Shown: positions 51,541-61,979, counted from the first letter of the stretch. The stretch: DNA of 64,000 nt from Candidatus Uhrbacteria bacterium (GCA_016219925.1 JACRJU010000013.1:102566-166565); one strand, 5' to 3'. The notes: generated by a model not told the origin, from the letters alone. Program-made: numbers and translations.

Positions 51541-52290
51541 ATGAAATTCGTGCGGATCAGGTGGTTCGTCAAGACGTGGCTCATGAACCGACGGTTCAAG
51601 TCACTCGATGGCCTTTCCAGGCGCGTCGCGCGCTGGCTCACCGACCACTGGACGGCCAACCAGATCACGCTTCTGGGTGTCGCGCTGTGTGTGCCCATGA
51701 CGGCGTTGTTCTGGGCAGACCTGTACTTTCCCGCTTCCGTTCTGCTGACGTTGAGCCTGCTCACCGACTTCGCCGACGGGGCCCTCGCGCATTACCAGCA
51801 AGGTCTGCGCCCGCCCATGTCGCTCGAAGAAGAGCGACGCCTTACGCTCAAACAGCGCATCGACTACCGCGGGGTCACGCATCTGGGCAAAGCCTTCGAC
51901 CCCGTTGTCGACAAGGTTCGGTTCTTCTGCGTCGTCTACGCGCTCGGCTGGGGCATCGTCAACACCGGCCTCGTTATCGCCCTTACGGTCGTGGCGGTGA
52001 CCCTCACGGTCATCCGGCCGATCAAGCGTTGGATGAAGATGGGCGATGCCAGGTCCAACCGCTTTGGCAAGTTCAAGATCTGGGCGGAGATCGCGGCGCT
52101 CGCGCTTCTGATCATCCATCCGACCAGTACAGTGCTTCTTCACCTCACCTTCGCTGTGGCTCTGGCGTTCGGATGCTTCTCGCTTCTGGGACACCTGCTT
52201 GCCGCCTACGTGGCCCTGCGCACGCGTCGCGCCTCGCGCCGCCGTTCGCGCGCTTCTCGCCGTGTACAGCCCGCGACGGTCGACTCCTGA
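51541..52290 (+). CDS. CDP-alcohol phosphatidyltransferase (PgsA-like; GC-rich cassette)
   Basis: TANQIT, DFADGALA..GKAFDPVVDK, FGKFK. Promoter TTGACG(51468)-17-TACGAT, GGAGG SD, hairpin plus T-run after the stop. Confidence 0.85.
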   Translation: MKFVRIRWFVKTWLMNRRFKSLDGLSRRVARWLTDHWTANQITLLGVALCVPMTALFWADLYFPASVLLTLSLLTDFADGALAHYQQGLRPPMSLEEERRLTLKQRIDYRGVTHLGKAFDPVVDKVRFFCVVYALGWGIVNTGLVIALTVVAVTLTVIRPIKRWMKMGDARSNRFGKFKIWAEIAALALLIIHPTSTVLLHLTFAVALAFGCFSLLGHLLAAYVALRTRRASRRRSRASRRVQPATVDS

Positions 52291-52427
52291 CTCCTCCCAG
52301 GGGTCTTTTTTTGACTCTTGTCAGAGGGGAGAAGGGTTGTTATAATCCTGGCGGTCCCCTGTCATTGCGAAGGAGGTTCAAGCGATTGAAGCCATTTCCG
52401 CACTGTGGAAATCGTCAGACAATTTAT

Positions 52428-52502
52428 TCCGGGGTAGCTCAGCGGCAGAGCGGCTCGCTGTTAACGAGATGGTCGTGGGTTCGATCCCCACCCCCGGAGC
52501 CA
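52428..52502 (+). tRNA. tRNA-Asn(GTT)
   Basis: tccgggg acceptor stem, ctcg-ctGTTaa-cgag anticodon arm, ggttcgatcc, CCA end. Confidence 0.96.
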
Positions 52503-52582
52503 AGCAGGTCGGTCAGTCGAAAGACTGGTCGTTTTGTTTTGTATGGTAAACTTATTCTCAAAATGTCTATAGACAAACTGAT

Positions 52583-52978
52583 ATGCCTCCAGATCTTCAA
52601 CTCCATCATTGCGCCAAGCAGATTACACGAGGCCGTTTGGATTTCGTGCTTCGTCTGTTTGAGCACCTCGGCTGTCAAATTTTTTATCGCGAAGAGGGCG
52701 CGACCTGGGCGATGATCGGACAGGCCGGTTTACGCTTCAGCATTCAGTTTATTGAATGCGACCGAACGCCGATTCCCATTGAACTCAAACGAGAAAATCA
52801 TGTCGCCTTTATTTCATCAGATCCGCAACAAGAGATGGCGAGGATTGAGCAGTGGATTAAAGCTGAAGGCAAAACGATTGTTACGGGTTCATGGTCAACA
52901 AAGGAACACTATTTCGATTGCCCCGACGTATTCGTTGATTTTGTGGTTGAAATTATGCATCGATCCATTGTCGAATAG
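52583..52978 (+). CDS. VOC/glyoxalase-like protein
   Basis: LHHCA..LFEHLG..IQFIE..NHVAF..YFDCPD..VEI pattern. Confidence 0.6.
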   Translation: MPPDLQLHHCAKQITRGRLDFVLRLFEHLGCQIFYREEGATWAMIGQAGLRFSIQFIECDRTPIPIELKRENHVAFISSDPQQEMARIEQWIKAEGKTIVTGSWSTKEHYFDCPDVFVDFVVEIMHRSIVE

Positions 52979-52986
52979 CAGACTTT

Positions 52987-53859
52987 ATGAACCGAAAATT
53001 CCTTTCCCTTTTTGTCGTCATTGTCGTTTTGTTTATTTTTTGGGTTGTCTACGCTCTTTATTCAACCACAGAGAAATCCAACACATCTCTCAGCGGATGG
53101 TTTATAGGGAATCAGATTTGGAGTGGACATATTTTTGTGACTGGTGATGTTGAAATTTTGGGGCGCCTTACTGTTTTGCCTGGGACAAAGGTGACCTTTT
53201 CTGTCGGTGATGATCGTCAGCGAGGGGATGAGGTGCCGGCTGACGGTTTTAATGATAAAGATCCCACACGACTGAAGTCGTACTCGACAACTCACTCGAG
53301 TCTTTTTGTGTTGAGAGAATTTATGGCCATCGGTACTCAAAACCAACCGATTTTGTTTACTTCAGTTGCAGAACAACCTCAAGTGGCGGATTGGGAGGCT
53401 ATCATTTTTCAGGGTGATGGGAGCATTGTGGATCACACCATTGTTGAATATACTCGCAACGGACTGAATCCTATCGGTAAACAACCGCACAGTATTATTC
53501 AAAACACGATATCGCGACATGCATTTTGGGGAGCGATATCTTCGGCACATTCAAATATAAAGATAGTGAACAATATTTTGTCTGATGCTGGACATGAAGG
53601 GATTGATCTCAAGTTCGACGGCGACCAAGAAATTACTGGCAACAAGATTGATGATTGTCATACAGGTATCGCGTCTATCTCCGGCTTCCAGCTCATCAAA
53701 AATAACACCATTAAAAACTGCGGCGATGGTGTCTACATCAGTCCACAATCAAAAGCCATCTCCGTTGACAACACGTTTACGTCCGCCCCTGCAGAAAGTC
53801 GCCGCGTTTGGCGATACGGGGATTATGAAATTCCAATTTTTGGCGATCCTGAAATTTAA
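52987..53859 (+). CDS. Membrane-anchored right-handed parallel beta-helix protein
   Basis: N-terminal TM, LTVLPGTKV, GTQNQPILFTS, repeated I.NN.I turns. Confidence 0.75.
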   Translation: MNRKFLSLFVVIVVLFIFWVVYALYSTTEKSNTSLSGWFIGNQIWSGHIFVTGDVEILGRLTVLPGTKVTFSVGDDRQRGDEVPADGFNDKDPTRLKSYSTTHSSLFVLREFMAIGTQNQPILFTSVAEQPQVADWEAIIFQGDGSIVDHTIVEYTRNGLNPIGKQPHSIIQNTISRHAFWGAISSAHSNIKIVNNILSDAGHEGIDLKFDGDQEITGNKIDDCHTGIASISGFQLIKNNTIKNCGDGVYISPQSKAISVDNTFTSAPAESRRVWRYGDYEIPIFGDPEI

Positions 53860-53894
53860 AAAAATCCAGAGCCGGAAGCTCTGGGGAAGAAGGC

Positions 53895-54769
53895 CTACCA
53901 CTCGGAGGCGACGACGTGATCGAGGAACGTGCCGAGTTGCGGGGCGCGTGCTTGGGCCGCCGCGGTGATCTCCGCATGGCTGGGCAGATCGTGGTCGTCG
54001 GTGACGATGAAGGCCGCGAAGACCTGCATGGCGCCTCTCGCGTTGTCCATGTTCTCGAGCGCGATGAGTCGAAGTTCGGGATCGAGCGACATCCCGACCG
54101 TGTCGACCCCCACGACTTCCAGAGGCGGCGTTCGAAAGCTCCTCCGAAGCCGGGACCGGGAATCATGATGTGTACACCTCTGTCCAGCGCATTCAATCCG
54201 GCGCGCGCGGCGGCCTCGGTAAAGGTGCTTCGGATCAGAGGGCGGTCGACCCCGGACTCTTTGTGAAAGAGCCAGAGGAGGTGTTCGGACATGACGAATT
54301 CTGCTTCGGCGCCGTTCAGATACGGCATGGGCAGATGCGCACTGACGAGCGTCGTCGGTTGAACGACCGTTCCCGTTTTTGCCGTGGCCGAGATGCCTCC
54401 GACGGAGCTGGTGATGACGATTCGTGTGCCAGCGCCCTTGAGCGCGAGCAGGACCGACATCCATCTGCGAATTAGCGATTCCATTCCAGCCCGTTCTTGG
54501 TACAGATGCACCCGCCCTTGGCTGATCACAACCTTGCGGTCGTGCCAAGTTCCGAGAAGGAACTTGTTGGGGTGGCCAGCGCCGTTTCCGGCGGCGATGC
54601 CGACTTGTTGGAAGGTCAGCTCTTGTTCTGGCACGAAACCTCTGTCGACCAAAACAGCTGGATCCGACCAGCCCGTTCCCAGAACGAGAGCGAGTCGATC
54701 TGGGGTCGATGCTGGGTCCAGACCCGCATCACGCAGAATGCGTTGTCCGGACTTCATGAGTCGTCCCAC
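53895..54769 (-). pseudogene. Purine nucleoside phosphorylase (PNP/MTAP family) split by a single frameshift (GC-rich cassette)
   Basis: LVLGTGW, AGHP, QGRVHLYQ in one frame; VDTVGMSLDPE..VTD in another. The switch lies at the G5 run 54107-54111. GGAGG SD, TTGACT-16-TAAGAT promoter, terminator about 53857-53884. Confidence 0.75.
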
Positions 54770-54963
54770 GAGAGCCTCCATACACGGCAAGAGCGTGCTG
54801 GCTGATCTTATCAAGGAAAACAACAAAGTCAATTGAGGTCTAGTCACATTGACAAAAAACCCTCTTTCGCGTATACTCATGGCACGCAAAACGACTCAAC
54901 GTGGAGATCCAACAAATTTCCCACAAGAGGCGAAATTTGTGGATAATTCACCTAACGCAACCT

Positions 54964-55161
54964 ATGAACGGTACAATCAAGCGATTGACGGACAAGGGGT
55001 TCGGCTTCATCGCCCAGGACGGCGCAGAGAAAGACTTGTTTTTTCACTCGTCCGCTCTCGTCGGTGCAAGCTTCGACGAACTCCGTGAAGGCGATGCGGT
55101 GACGTTTGACACCGAAGACTCTGACAAGGGTCCTCGTGCCACCAACGTCAAGCGCGCCTAA
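54964..55161 (+). CDS. cspA: Cold-shock protein
   Basis: KGFGFI RNP1, LFFHSS RNP2, KGPRATNV; promoter TTGACA(54849)-17-TATACT; terminator about 55170-55203. Confidence 0.95.
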   Translation: MNGTIKRLTDKGFGFIAQDGAEKDLFFHSSALVGASFDELREGDAVTFDTEDSDKGPRATNVKRA

Positions 55162-55244
55162 GAGTCATCAAAAATCCCCTCGGGATAATCCGAGGGGTTT
55201 TTGTTTCCGTTGGCGTTGTTTTCTGCTAAAGTACGCTCATTGCT

Positions 55245-57734
55245 ATGATATCTCCATTTGCGGAAACGGCCGTGGCTTCTTCGTCGGAAGTCGCAAAAAA
55301 ATTTGAAACAGACATCCAAAACGGTTTGACCTCCGCGCAAGCAACAACGCGGTTGTTGACGTATGGAAGAAACACGCTAGCTGGATCAGAACCTTCCACG
55401 TGGGATCTGATCGTGCGACAGTTTCGATCAGTGTTTGTGTGGCTTTTGATTTTTGCGGCCGCGCTTTCTTTTATCCTTCATCAACGATTGGACGGCACGC
55501 TCATTGTCGTTTTTGTGCTTCTCAATGTTTTTCTCACTTTTTTTCAGGAATATAAATACCAGCACATTTTAGCAACGCTCAAAAAATATTTCGTCGCGCA
55601 TTCCCGTGTCATTCGCGATGGCAAACAGGAAGAGATCATGAGCCCACAACTCGTTCTCGGAGACGTTGTCGTATTGGAGCCCGGAGACCTCGTGCCCGCA
55701 GATGTGCGGTTGTTTGAAGCGGTTGATTTTACTTTGGACGAATCGGTGCTTACCGGAGAATCACAGGCCGTAGAAAAATCGGCCGATGATTTAAGCACGC
55801 CTCCACAAAATCTTTTCGCCGCGCAAAATATCGCCTTTGCGGCCACGCATGTGGTGAGCGGCACGGGGCGTGGGATTGTGATTGCAACAGCTTCTCATAC
55901 GCAGGCTGGATCGGCGGCCAAGCTCGCCACCCAAACCAAACGCGTCAGCAATTTTGAACAGGTGATGGATCAATTTAGTGTGTTCATGTTGCGCCTGGTG
56001 ATCGGAACGCTTCTGGTTTTGTTCGTTCTGCACTATGTGATCAAAGGGCCAACGGTTCAGATCGGTGAGCTTCTGATCTTTTTTATCGCGCTTGCGGTTT
56101 CGGTTGTCCCCGAGGCGCTTCCGGTTGTTTTCACCTTTGCCCTTTCAAACGGCGCCGCGCATCTTGCGCGCCACAAAGTCGTTGTCAAACGCCTCACCAG
56201 CATAGAGGATTTGGGCAACATAGATATTTTGTGTACGGATAAAACCGGCACGATCACGCAAGGCGAAATGGTGCTGGTGGAAGTGAGCGATGGAGATGGA
56301 CACACGCTTCAAATCGCGCGCGTGGGCATCCCGGAATCTGACGCGCGAGAAAATCCGTTTGATAAAGCGATTGCGAAAGCCGAAGGGTCGATGTCTGCGC
56401 AGATCGTTGAAGTTGTGGACCGTATCGGCTTTGATCCAACGCAACGATTTGATCTCACCCTTGTAAAAAACCCCAAGCCGATGTTGATCATGCGTGGGGC
56501 ACCGGAGTCCGTTGCGGAACATTGTGCGATGAGCGTGGAGCAAAAAGCGCAGATGACGAAATGGATTGAACAAGAAGGTCGAAAAGGTCGCCGCGTTTTG
56601 GCTGTGGCACAGCGTTTCTTTGAGACGATTCCCGATAACTGGTCACAGCCTGACGGGTTGTTGTTTCTTGGGATGCTTTCATTTGAGGATCCGCTTAAGC
56701 CAACCTCTCTGGCCGCGGTAAAAAAAGCTCAAGCTCTTGGCTTGAGTATTAAGGTATTAACGGGCGATCGACCGGAAGTGGCCGGAGCGATCGCTACGCA
56801 AGTCGGGCTGATTAAGGATCCGGATGAAGTGATGACGGGAGAACAACTTTTTGCTTTGCCGGCCGATCAACAGCTGAATGCGGCTCGTCGGTGTCACGTC
56901 TTTGCGCGCGTCACCCCCGAGGATAAGCTCGAGATTATTCGATTATTAAAGGAGCATGCGCGGGTTGGATTTTTGGGGGAGGGGATCAATGACGCTCCAG
57001 CTTTGAAAGAAGCCCATGTGGGCATTGTCGTCGAGTCTGCTTCTGATGTGGCGCGCGAATCCGCGGACATCGTTCTGCTTCAACAAAGTTTGATGGTGAT
57101 TTTGGAGGGCGTTGAGCGCGGGCGCATCGTTTCAGCGAACACCCTCAAATACATCAAGACGACGTTGGCATCCAATTTCGGTAACTTTTATTCTGTGGCC
57201 ATCGCTTCGCTTTTTATTCCGTATCTGCCCATGCTTCCGATTCAGATCCTGCTCGTCAATCTGCTCTCGGATTTCCCCATGATTGCCATTTCAACCGATA
57301 CCGTCGAGGCGTCTGCGCTTTCAAAACCCAGAGGCATGGATCTGCGCGAGATGGGATTTGTCACCACCTTTTTTGGGGTGATCAGTTCCGTGTTCGATTT
57401 CATTTTATTTGGGGCGTTCTTTCGCACGAGCGCGGCGCTTCTGCAAACGGCCTGGTTTATTGAAAGCATTTTGACCGAACTGTTTGCGATTCTTTCTCTG
57501 CGTACCCATAAATGGTTTTTTCTCACACGCCCGCCAGCTCGCTTACTCTCTTCCCTCATTATCGGTGCAACGATTGTGACTCTCGCACTTCCGTTGTGGA
57601 GCGTTACGCGCGGACTGTTTTCCTTCGCCGCGATTTCTCGTCCACAACTGTTGAGCGTCATTGGCATCATTGCGGCGTATTTTGTCGCGATGGAAATCTC
57701 AAAAAAATTATTCTACCGGTATGTCCATGATTGA
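55245..57734 (+). CDS. P-type cation-transporting ATPase (MgtA/Ca-ATPase-like)
   Basis: TGES, VPEALP, DKTGT, TGD, GEGINDAPAL, SNFGNFYS. Confidence 0.92.
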   Translation: MISPFAETAVASSSEVAKKFETDIQNGLTSAQATTRLLTYGRNTLAGSEPSTWDLIVRQFRSVFVWLLIFAAALSFILHQRLDGTLIVVFVLLNVFLTFFQEYKYQHILATLKKYFVAHSRVIRDGKQEEIMSPQLVLGDVVVLEPGDLVPADVRLFEAVDFTLDESVLTGESQAVEKSADDLSTPPQNLFAAQNIAFAATHVVSGTGRGIVIATASHTQAGSAAKLATQTKRVSNFEQVMDQFSVFMLRLVIGTLLVLFVLHYVIKGPTVQIGELLIFFIALAVSVVPEALPVVFTFALSNGAAHLARHKVVVKRLTSIEDLGNIDILCTDKTGTITQGEMVLVEVSDGDGHTLQIARVGIPESDARENPFDKAIAKAEGSMSAQIVEVVDRIGFDPTQRFDLTLVKNPKPMLIMRGAPESVAEHCAMSVEQKAQMTKWIEQEGRKGRRVLAVAQRFFETIPDNWSQPDGLLFLGMLSFEDPLKPTSLAAVKKAQALGLSIKVLTGDRPEVAGAIATQVGLIKDPDEVMTGEQLFALPADQQLNAARRCHVFARVTPEDKLEIIRLLKEHARVGFLGEGINDAPALKEAHVGIVVESASDVARESADIVLLQQSLMVILEGVERGRIVSANTLKYIKTTLASNFGNFYSVAIASLFIPYLPMLPIQILLVNLLSDFPMIAISTDTVEASALSKPRGMDLREMGFVTTFFGVISSVFDFILFGAFFRTSAALLQTAWFIESILTELFAILSLRTHKWFFLTRPPARLLSSLIIGATIVTLALPLWSVTRGLFSFAAISRPQLLSVIGIIAAYFVAMEISKKLFYRYVHD

Positions 57735-58695
57735 GGTGAAAAATCTTTCCAAACGATTTGGTGATCTCGAAGCGGTCAAAGGCATTTTTTTTGAAGTGGC
57801 ACAAGGAGAGATTTTCGGATTTCTTGGACCCAACGGAGCAGGAAAATCCACCAGTATCAGCATGCTTGCAACGATTCTCTCACCCACGAGCGGGGACGCC
57901 TTCGTGAATGGTCAAAGTGTTTTACACAACCGTAACGGAGTGCGTGCGTCTATCGGACTAGTTTTTCAAGATCCGTCGCTTGATGATCGCCTCACAGCCA
58001 TGGAAAATTTACGTTTTCATGCCCAGCTCTATGGCGTTCCCAAATCAGAATTCAAAAAACGCGCGCAAGAAGTTCTTGAACTTGTTGATCTTTCCGACCG
58101 CGCGCAAGACCTCATTCGTACCTTTTCGGGCGGCATGAAGCGACGCTTAGAAATCGCCCGTGGCCTCATTCATTACCCGCGCGTCTTGTTTCTTGATGAA
58201 CCGACCATTGGCCTTGATCCCCAAACACGGTCTCATCTTTGGGAGTATATTTTACGGCTTAAGCGAGAAAAAGGGATGACGATTTTTATGACGACGCATT
58301 ATATGAACGAAGCGGAATACTGCGACCGCATCGCCATCATCGATCAGGGAACAATTGTGGCGCTTGATACTCCGGCGGCTCTTAAGAAACGTCTCGGAGG
58401 AGATGTGGTGAGGATGCAGAGCTTGAATAAAGAGGCATTGGTTGCCGAATTGAAACGACGTTATGGCACAGAGGTGCATGTGGACGGGGAAAGCGTTCTC
58501 ATAGAAGTGGAAAACGGAGAATCGTTTTTACCAAAACTGTTTCAAGATTTGCAGACGACCATTCGTTCGATTGAACTGCGCAAACCAACGCTTGACGATG
58601 TTTTTTTGGCGTTGACCGGTCGTGCGATTCGTGCGGAAGAGGCGTCAAGCAAAGATCAATTTCGCCAGCACGCTCGCATGCGTGGCTTGCGCTAA
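57721..58695 (+). CDS. ABC-2 type exporter ATP-binding protein (DrrA-like)
   Basis: GPNGAGKS, FSGGM, LDEPT, TTHYM. Confidence 0.93.
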   Translation: MSMIEVKNLSKRFGDLEAVKGIFFEVAQGEIFGFLGPNGAGKSTSISMLATILSPTSGDAFVNGQSVLHNRNGVRASIGLVFQDPSLDDRLTAMENLRFHAQLYGVPKSEFKKRAQEVLELVDLSDRAQDLIRTFSGGMKRRLEIARGLIHYPRVLFLDEPTIGLDPQTRSHLWEYILRLKREKGMTIFMTTHYMNEAEYCDRIAIIDQGTIVALDTPAALKKRLGGDVVRMQSLNKEALVAELKRRYGTEVHVDGESVLIEVENGESFLPKLFQDLQTTIRSIELRKPTLDDVFLALTGRAIRAEEASSKDQFRQHARMRGLR

Positions 58696-58705
58696 AACTT
58701 TTGTT

Positions 58706-59491
58706 ATGTCCATCTTCCTTCAGACCATATTGACCATTTGGCATCGCGAGCTGATTCGCTATGTTCGCGATCGTACACGCATTTTAACGACATTCATTCA
58801 GCCGCTCATGTTTTTGGCGATTTTTGGGGTGGGACTTCAGTCGGCTTTTGCCACTCAGAACAGTGGGTTTGATTTTGTCCAGTTTATGTTTCCCGGCATC
58901 ATCGCCATGAATGTGATGGGCGTAGCCTTTTTTTCAACCGTCTCAACGGTTTGGGATCGTGAATTTGGATTTTTGAAAGAGATTCTCGTCGCGCCCGTGC
59001 CGCGCAGTGCGATCGCTCTCGGCAAAACGCTCGGGGCGACATCGATCGCTTCCATCCAAGCCTTGATCTTGCTCGCGCTCGCGCCGTTCCTTCATCTGAA
59101 AATTTTTTTTTTTCAACTTCCCGCGCTTCTCGGCGTCATGCTTTTGTTGGCGTTTGCTATTTCCGGATTGGGCTTACTTATTTCGTCGCGCATGAGAACG
59201 ACCGAAAGCTTTGGGTTGCTTATGCAGGTGTTGGTTTTTCCGATGTTCTTTCTGTCCGGTGCTTTTTTCCCTCTGACCTCCGTTCCGAGCTGGATGTCCG
59301 TGCTTGCTCACATCAATCCGCTCACCTATGGCGTGGATGGGATGAGGCAAATTTTGCTTCGTCCGACCTTAGACGCGGCCGTTCTTTCGCGCATTGAACT
59401 CTACACGCTTTCTACGGACGTTCTTTTCCTCGTTGGATTTTCTGTGGGGATGGTTTCCCTTGCCGTGTGGGCGTTTGATAAAAAATCTTAG
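58706..59491 (+). CDS. ABC-2 type exporter permease
   Basis: DREFGFLKEILVAP, FLSGAFFP, NPLTYGVD. Confidence 0.92.
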   Translation: MSIFLQTILTIWHRELIRYVRDRTRILTTFIQPLMFLAIFGVGLQSAFATQNSGFDFVQFMFPGIIAMNVMGVAFFSTVSTVWDREFGFLKEILVAPVPRSAIALGKTLGATSIASIQALILLALAPFLHLKIFFFQLPALLGVMLLLAFAISGLGLLISSRMRTTESFGLLMQVLVFPMFFLSGAFFPLTSVPSWMSVLAHINPLTYGVDGMRQILLRPTLDAAVLSRIELYTLSTDVLFLVGFSVGMVSLAVWAFDKKS

Positions 59492-59498
59492 TCGAAGT

Positions 59499-60263
59499 AT
59501 GTTATCGCGCGTTGCAAAAAAAAATTTGAAACGGGATAAAAATGTTTTAGGGAAAAAATGGCTGAAAACCTACGGTCAGTATTTTTCAGATCCAAAAAAT
59601 ATTCATGATTTTGTTCATGCCGTTACGCCGCGCTTGCCAAATCGCCCACTCAACATCTTGTATGTTGCTTCCGCTTCTGGATTGCTCGGCGAGGCTTTGC
59701 TCAAACACTTGGGTCGCGGCCGACTGACCCTTGTAGATATTTCTCAAGAACATCTTGAACAAAATATCAATCTTCAAACAAAAAAGATCCGGAACGATCT
59801 TCTCAAACTTCATTTGACTGAACGATTTGATCTGATCATCATGCGCAGTTCGCTTGATTATTTTCCCTCACGCAAGATGCAAGTCAAAGTGCTTGGGATT
59901 ATTAAGCGGCATCTCAAAAAAGGGGGACTCTTTATCAACCAACCCGCCTACATCACGGATCTCAATGAGCGTGATGCGATCAGTGCATTATATTGTCAGA
60001 TCAGAAAGATCGGAGATCGATTTTTTCAATCAAGCGACCTTGCGGATATTTATGCCCAGGCGGGTTTTAAGCAGTTAGAACGCATTGGGACAAGTCGGAA
60101 ATTGATCGTGACAGAGGCGGATCACAAAAAACGTTACGACCTTACCGCGGCCGACATTCATAAAGGTCAGGCGATTCTCAACGGAATTTCAGGTCTGTCG
60201 CACGCGACGCCGAACGGGTATCGTCTGGTGTTTGAGTTCCCAGTTTTTCTTTCAAGAGGGTGA
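59499..60263 (+). CDS. Class I SAM-dependent methyltransferase
   Basis: ILYVASASG (degenerate motif I), VDIS, FDLII, HLKKGG. Confidence 0.7.
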   Translation: MLSRVAKKNLKRDKNVLGKKWLKTYGQYFSDPKNIHDFVHAVTPRLPNRPLNILYVASASGLLGEALLKHLGRGRLTLVDISQEHLEQNINLQTKKIRNDLLKLHLTERFDLIIMRSSLDYFPSRKMQVKVLGIIKRHLKKGGLFINQPAYITDLNERDAISALYCQIRKIGDRFFQSSDLADIYAQAGFKQLERIGTSRKLIVTEADHKKRYDLTAADIHKGQAILNGISGLSHATPNGYRLVFEFPVFLSRG

Positions 60264-60933
60264 GTTCTTTTGTTGTTAATGGTCGCGTTGCACCCACCGG
60301 AAGATCACCGAGCAAAATGTTCATGACGCGAATACGTTTGAGTGAATTGACGTTGTAGCCGAGTTGTTCGCACATGCGACGGATTTGTCGATTTCGTCCT
60401 TCGGTCAAGACGATTTGAAAACGATTTAAAGCCATCCGTTTCGTCCGGGCTTTTTTGGTTCGTGATCCCAAGATCATCAGGCTGTCTTCCATTCGCTTTA
60501 AGGCTTCCGCGGTGATCTCCCGATCAACAACAACATCGTATTCTTTTTCGTGATCGCCACGCGGATGAGTGATCGCCTCTGATAGTTCTCCGTCGTTGGT
60601 CAGCAAAAGCAGGCCGCTTGAGGCCACATCAAGTCGGCCGATCGGGAATAGGCGATGTCGAAGATGCAAAAACGTGGCGACCGTATCGCGCCCATTGGGA
60701 TCAACAGAAGTCATAATGCCAACGGGTTTATGAAACGCCAGATATTGATGCGCCGGTCGCGTGCTTTGAACACGCTTGCCGTTTACGCGGATATCTTCTT
60801 CACCGGTTACCCCTAAACCCTTTTGCGCCACGACGCCGTTCACGAGAACTTTTCCGGCATCAATGAGAGCGTCCGCTGTTCGCCGTGAACAGATACCACG
60901 TTCTGCCAAGAATTTATTAATCCTCACGGGCAT
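60178..60933 (-). CDS. RsuA/RluB/RluF family rRNA pseudouridine synthase
   Basis: S4 domain (INKFLAERGICSRR), GRLD catalytic motif, EGRNRQIRRM. Confidence 0.93.
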   Translation of the reverse strand: MPVRINKFLAERGICSRRTADALIDAGKVLVNGVVAQKGLGVTGEEDIRVNGKRVQSTRPAHQYLAFHKPVGIMTSVDPNGRDTVATFLHLRHRLFPIGRLDVASSGLLLLTNDGELSEAITHPRGDHEKEYDVVVDREITAEALKRMEDSLMILGSRTKKARTKRMALNRFQIVLTEGRNRQIRRMCEQLGYNVNSLKRIRVMNILLGDLPVGATRPLTTKELTLLKEKLGTQTPDDTRSASRATDLKFR

Positions 60934-60938
60934 AGGCG

Positions 60939-61979
60939 CTATTTTTTTGTTGCGTAAAGCTGACCGCAGGCGGCGGCGATATCTTCTCCCATGGTTCGTC
61001 GTTTCGTCACGGTGAGACCATGCGTATCAAGATACGCGAAAAAGTCTTCAAGCCCTTTGGAAGTTGAGCATTGCAGTCCGCCGTCGGTAAAATTGTAAGG
61101 GATGAGGTTCACGCGGATATGGCCAATCTGACTCACAAAATCAACCAAGGCTTTGGCGTGTTGGAGGCTATCATTGACTCCGCGCAGCATCACATATTCA
61201 AAAGTGAGATGATGGCGGCGATTGCCGAATTTTTTCAAATAGCGCTTGGCCCAATCAGAAAGGGCTGGCAGAAAATCATCGTAGGAGGTTGGAACGATCC
61301 GTTTTCGTGTTTCAGGATCTGCGCTGTGAAGAGAAATCGCTAGGCGCACATGGGGCCAGTTTGGATCATTGAGTAATTTTTCCAGTCGCGGCAAGACCCC
61401 TACGGTCGAGACGGTGATACGCGTTTCTCCAATCGAGGTGTGCGTGATAATCGTTTGAATAGCGTCGCGCACGCAAGAATAATTTGCCATCGGTTCACCC
61501 ATGCCCATAAACACGATGTTGGAAATGCGGGTGGGGAGTTCGGGATGCTTTTTGAGAAATGCCATCCAAAAACGATATTGATCAATGATTTCATCAGAGG
61601 TCAGATTGCGTATGAGGCCCATTTTTCCCGTTGCGCAAAAAACACACCGCATGGCACATCCGACCTGGGAAGAAACACAAATCGTCCAGGCTCCGCGCGG
61701 ATTTTGCATCAGAACGGTTTCAATTTTGTTCCCATCCTCCACTTCCAACAAGGCTTTGAAGGTATCTTGTTTAGCGCTTTGTTGGACGATCGATTCGGTG
61801 ACGCACAGCCACGGAATCGTCGTTTGTATTTTTTCCCGCAAAATTTTTGGCAACACTGCAACATCGCTCCAACAAGAATACGCCGGGTCAAACAAAGCTG
61901 CGGTGAACTGTTTCCAGCGGTACGCAGGTTCATCCGGCGCCAGAGTGTCAAAACGTTCTTTTCGTGTTTGGATGGCCAT
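60939..61979 (-). CDS. rlmN: 23S rRNA/tRNA m2A methyltransferase (radical SAM)
   Basis: SSQVGCAMRCVFC, MGMGEP, SLHS, FEYVML, AACGQL. Confidence 0.95.
   Translation of the reverse strand: MAIQTRKERFDTLAPDEPAYRWKQFTAALFDPAYSCWSDVAVLPKILREKIQTTIPWLCVTESIVQQSAKQDTFKALLEVEDGNKIETVLMQNPRGAWTICVSSQVGCAMRCVFCATGKMGLIRNLTSDEIIDQYRFWMAFLKKHPELPTRISNIVFMGMGEPMANYSCVRDAIQTIITHTSIGETRITVSTVGVLPRLEKLLNDPNWPHVRLAISLHSADPETRKRIVPTSYDDFLPALSDWAKRYLKKFGNRRHHLTFEYVMLRGVNDSLQHAKALVDFVSQIGHIRVNLIPYNFTDGGLQCSTSKGLEDFFAYLDTHGLTVTKRRTMGEDIAAACGQLYATKK

Noticed and set aside
51426-52715. 429-aa Arg/Ala-rich ORF
   Set aside because: Off-frame product overlapping the PgsA-like gene and tRNA-Asn.
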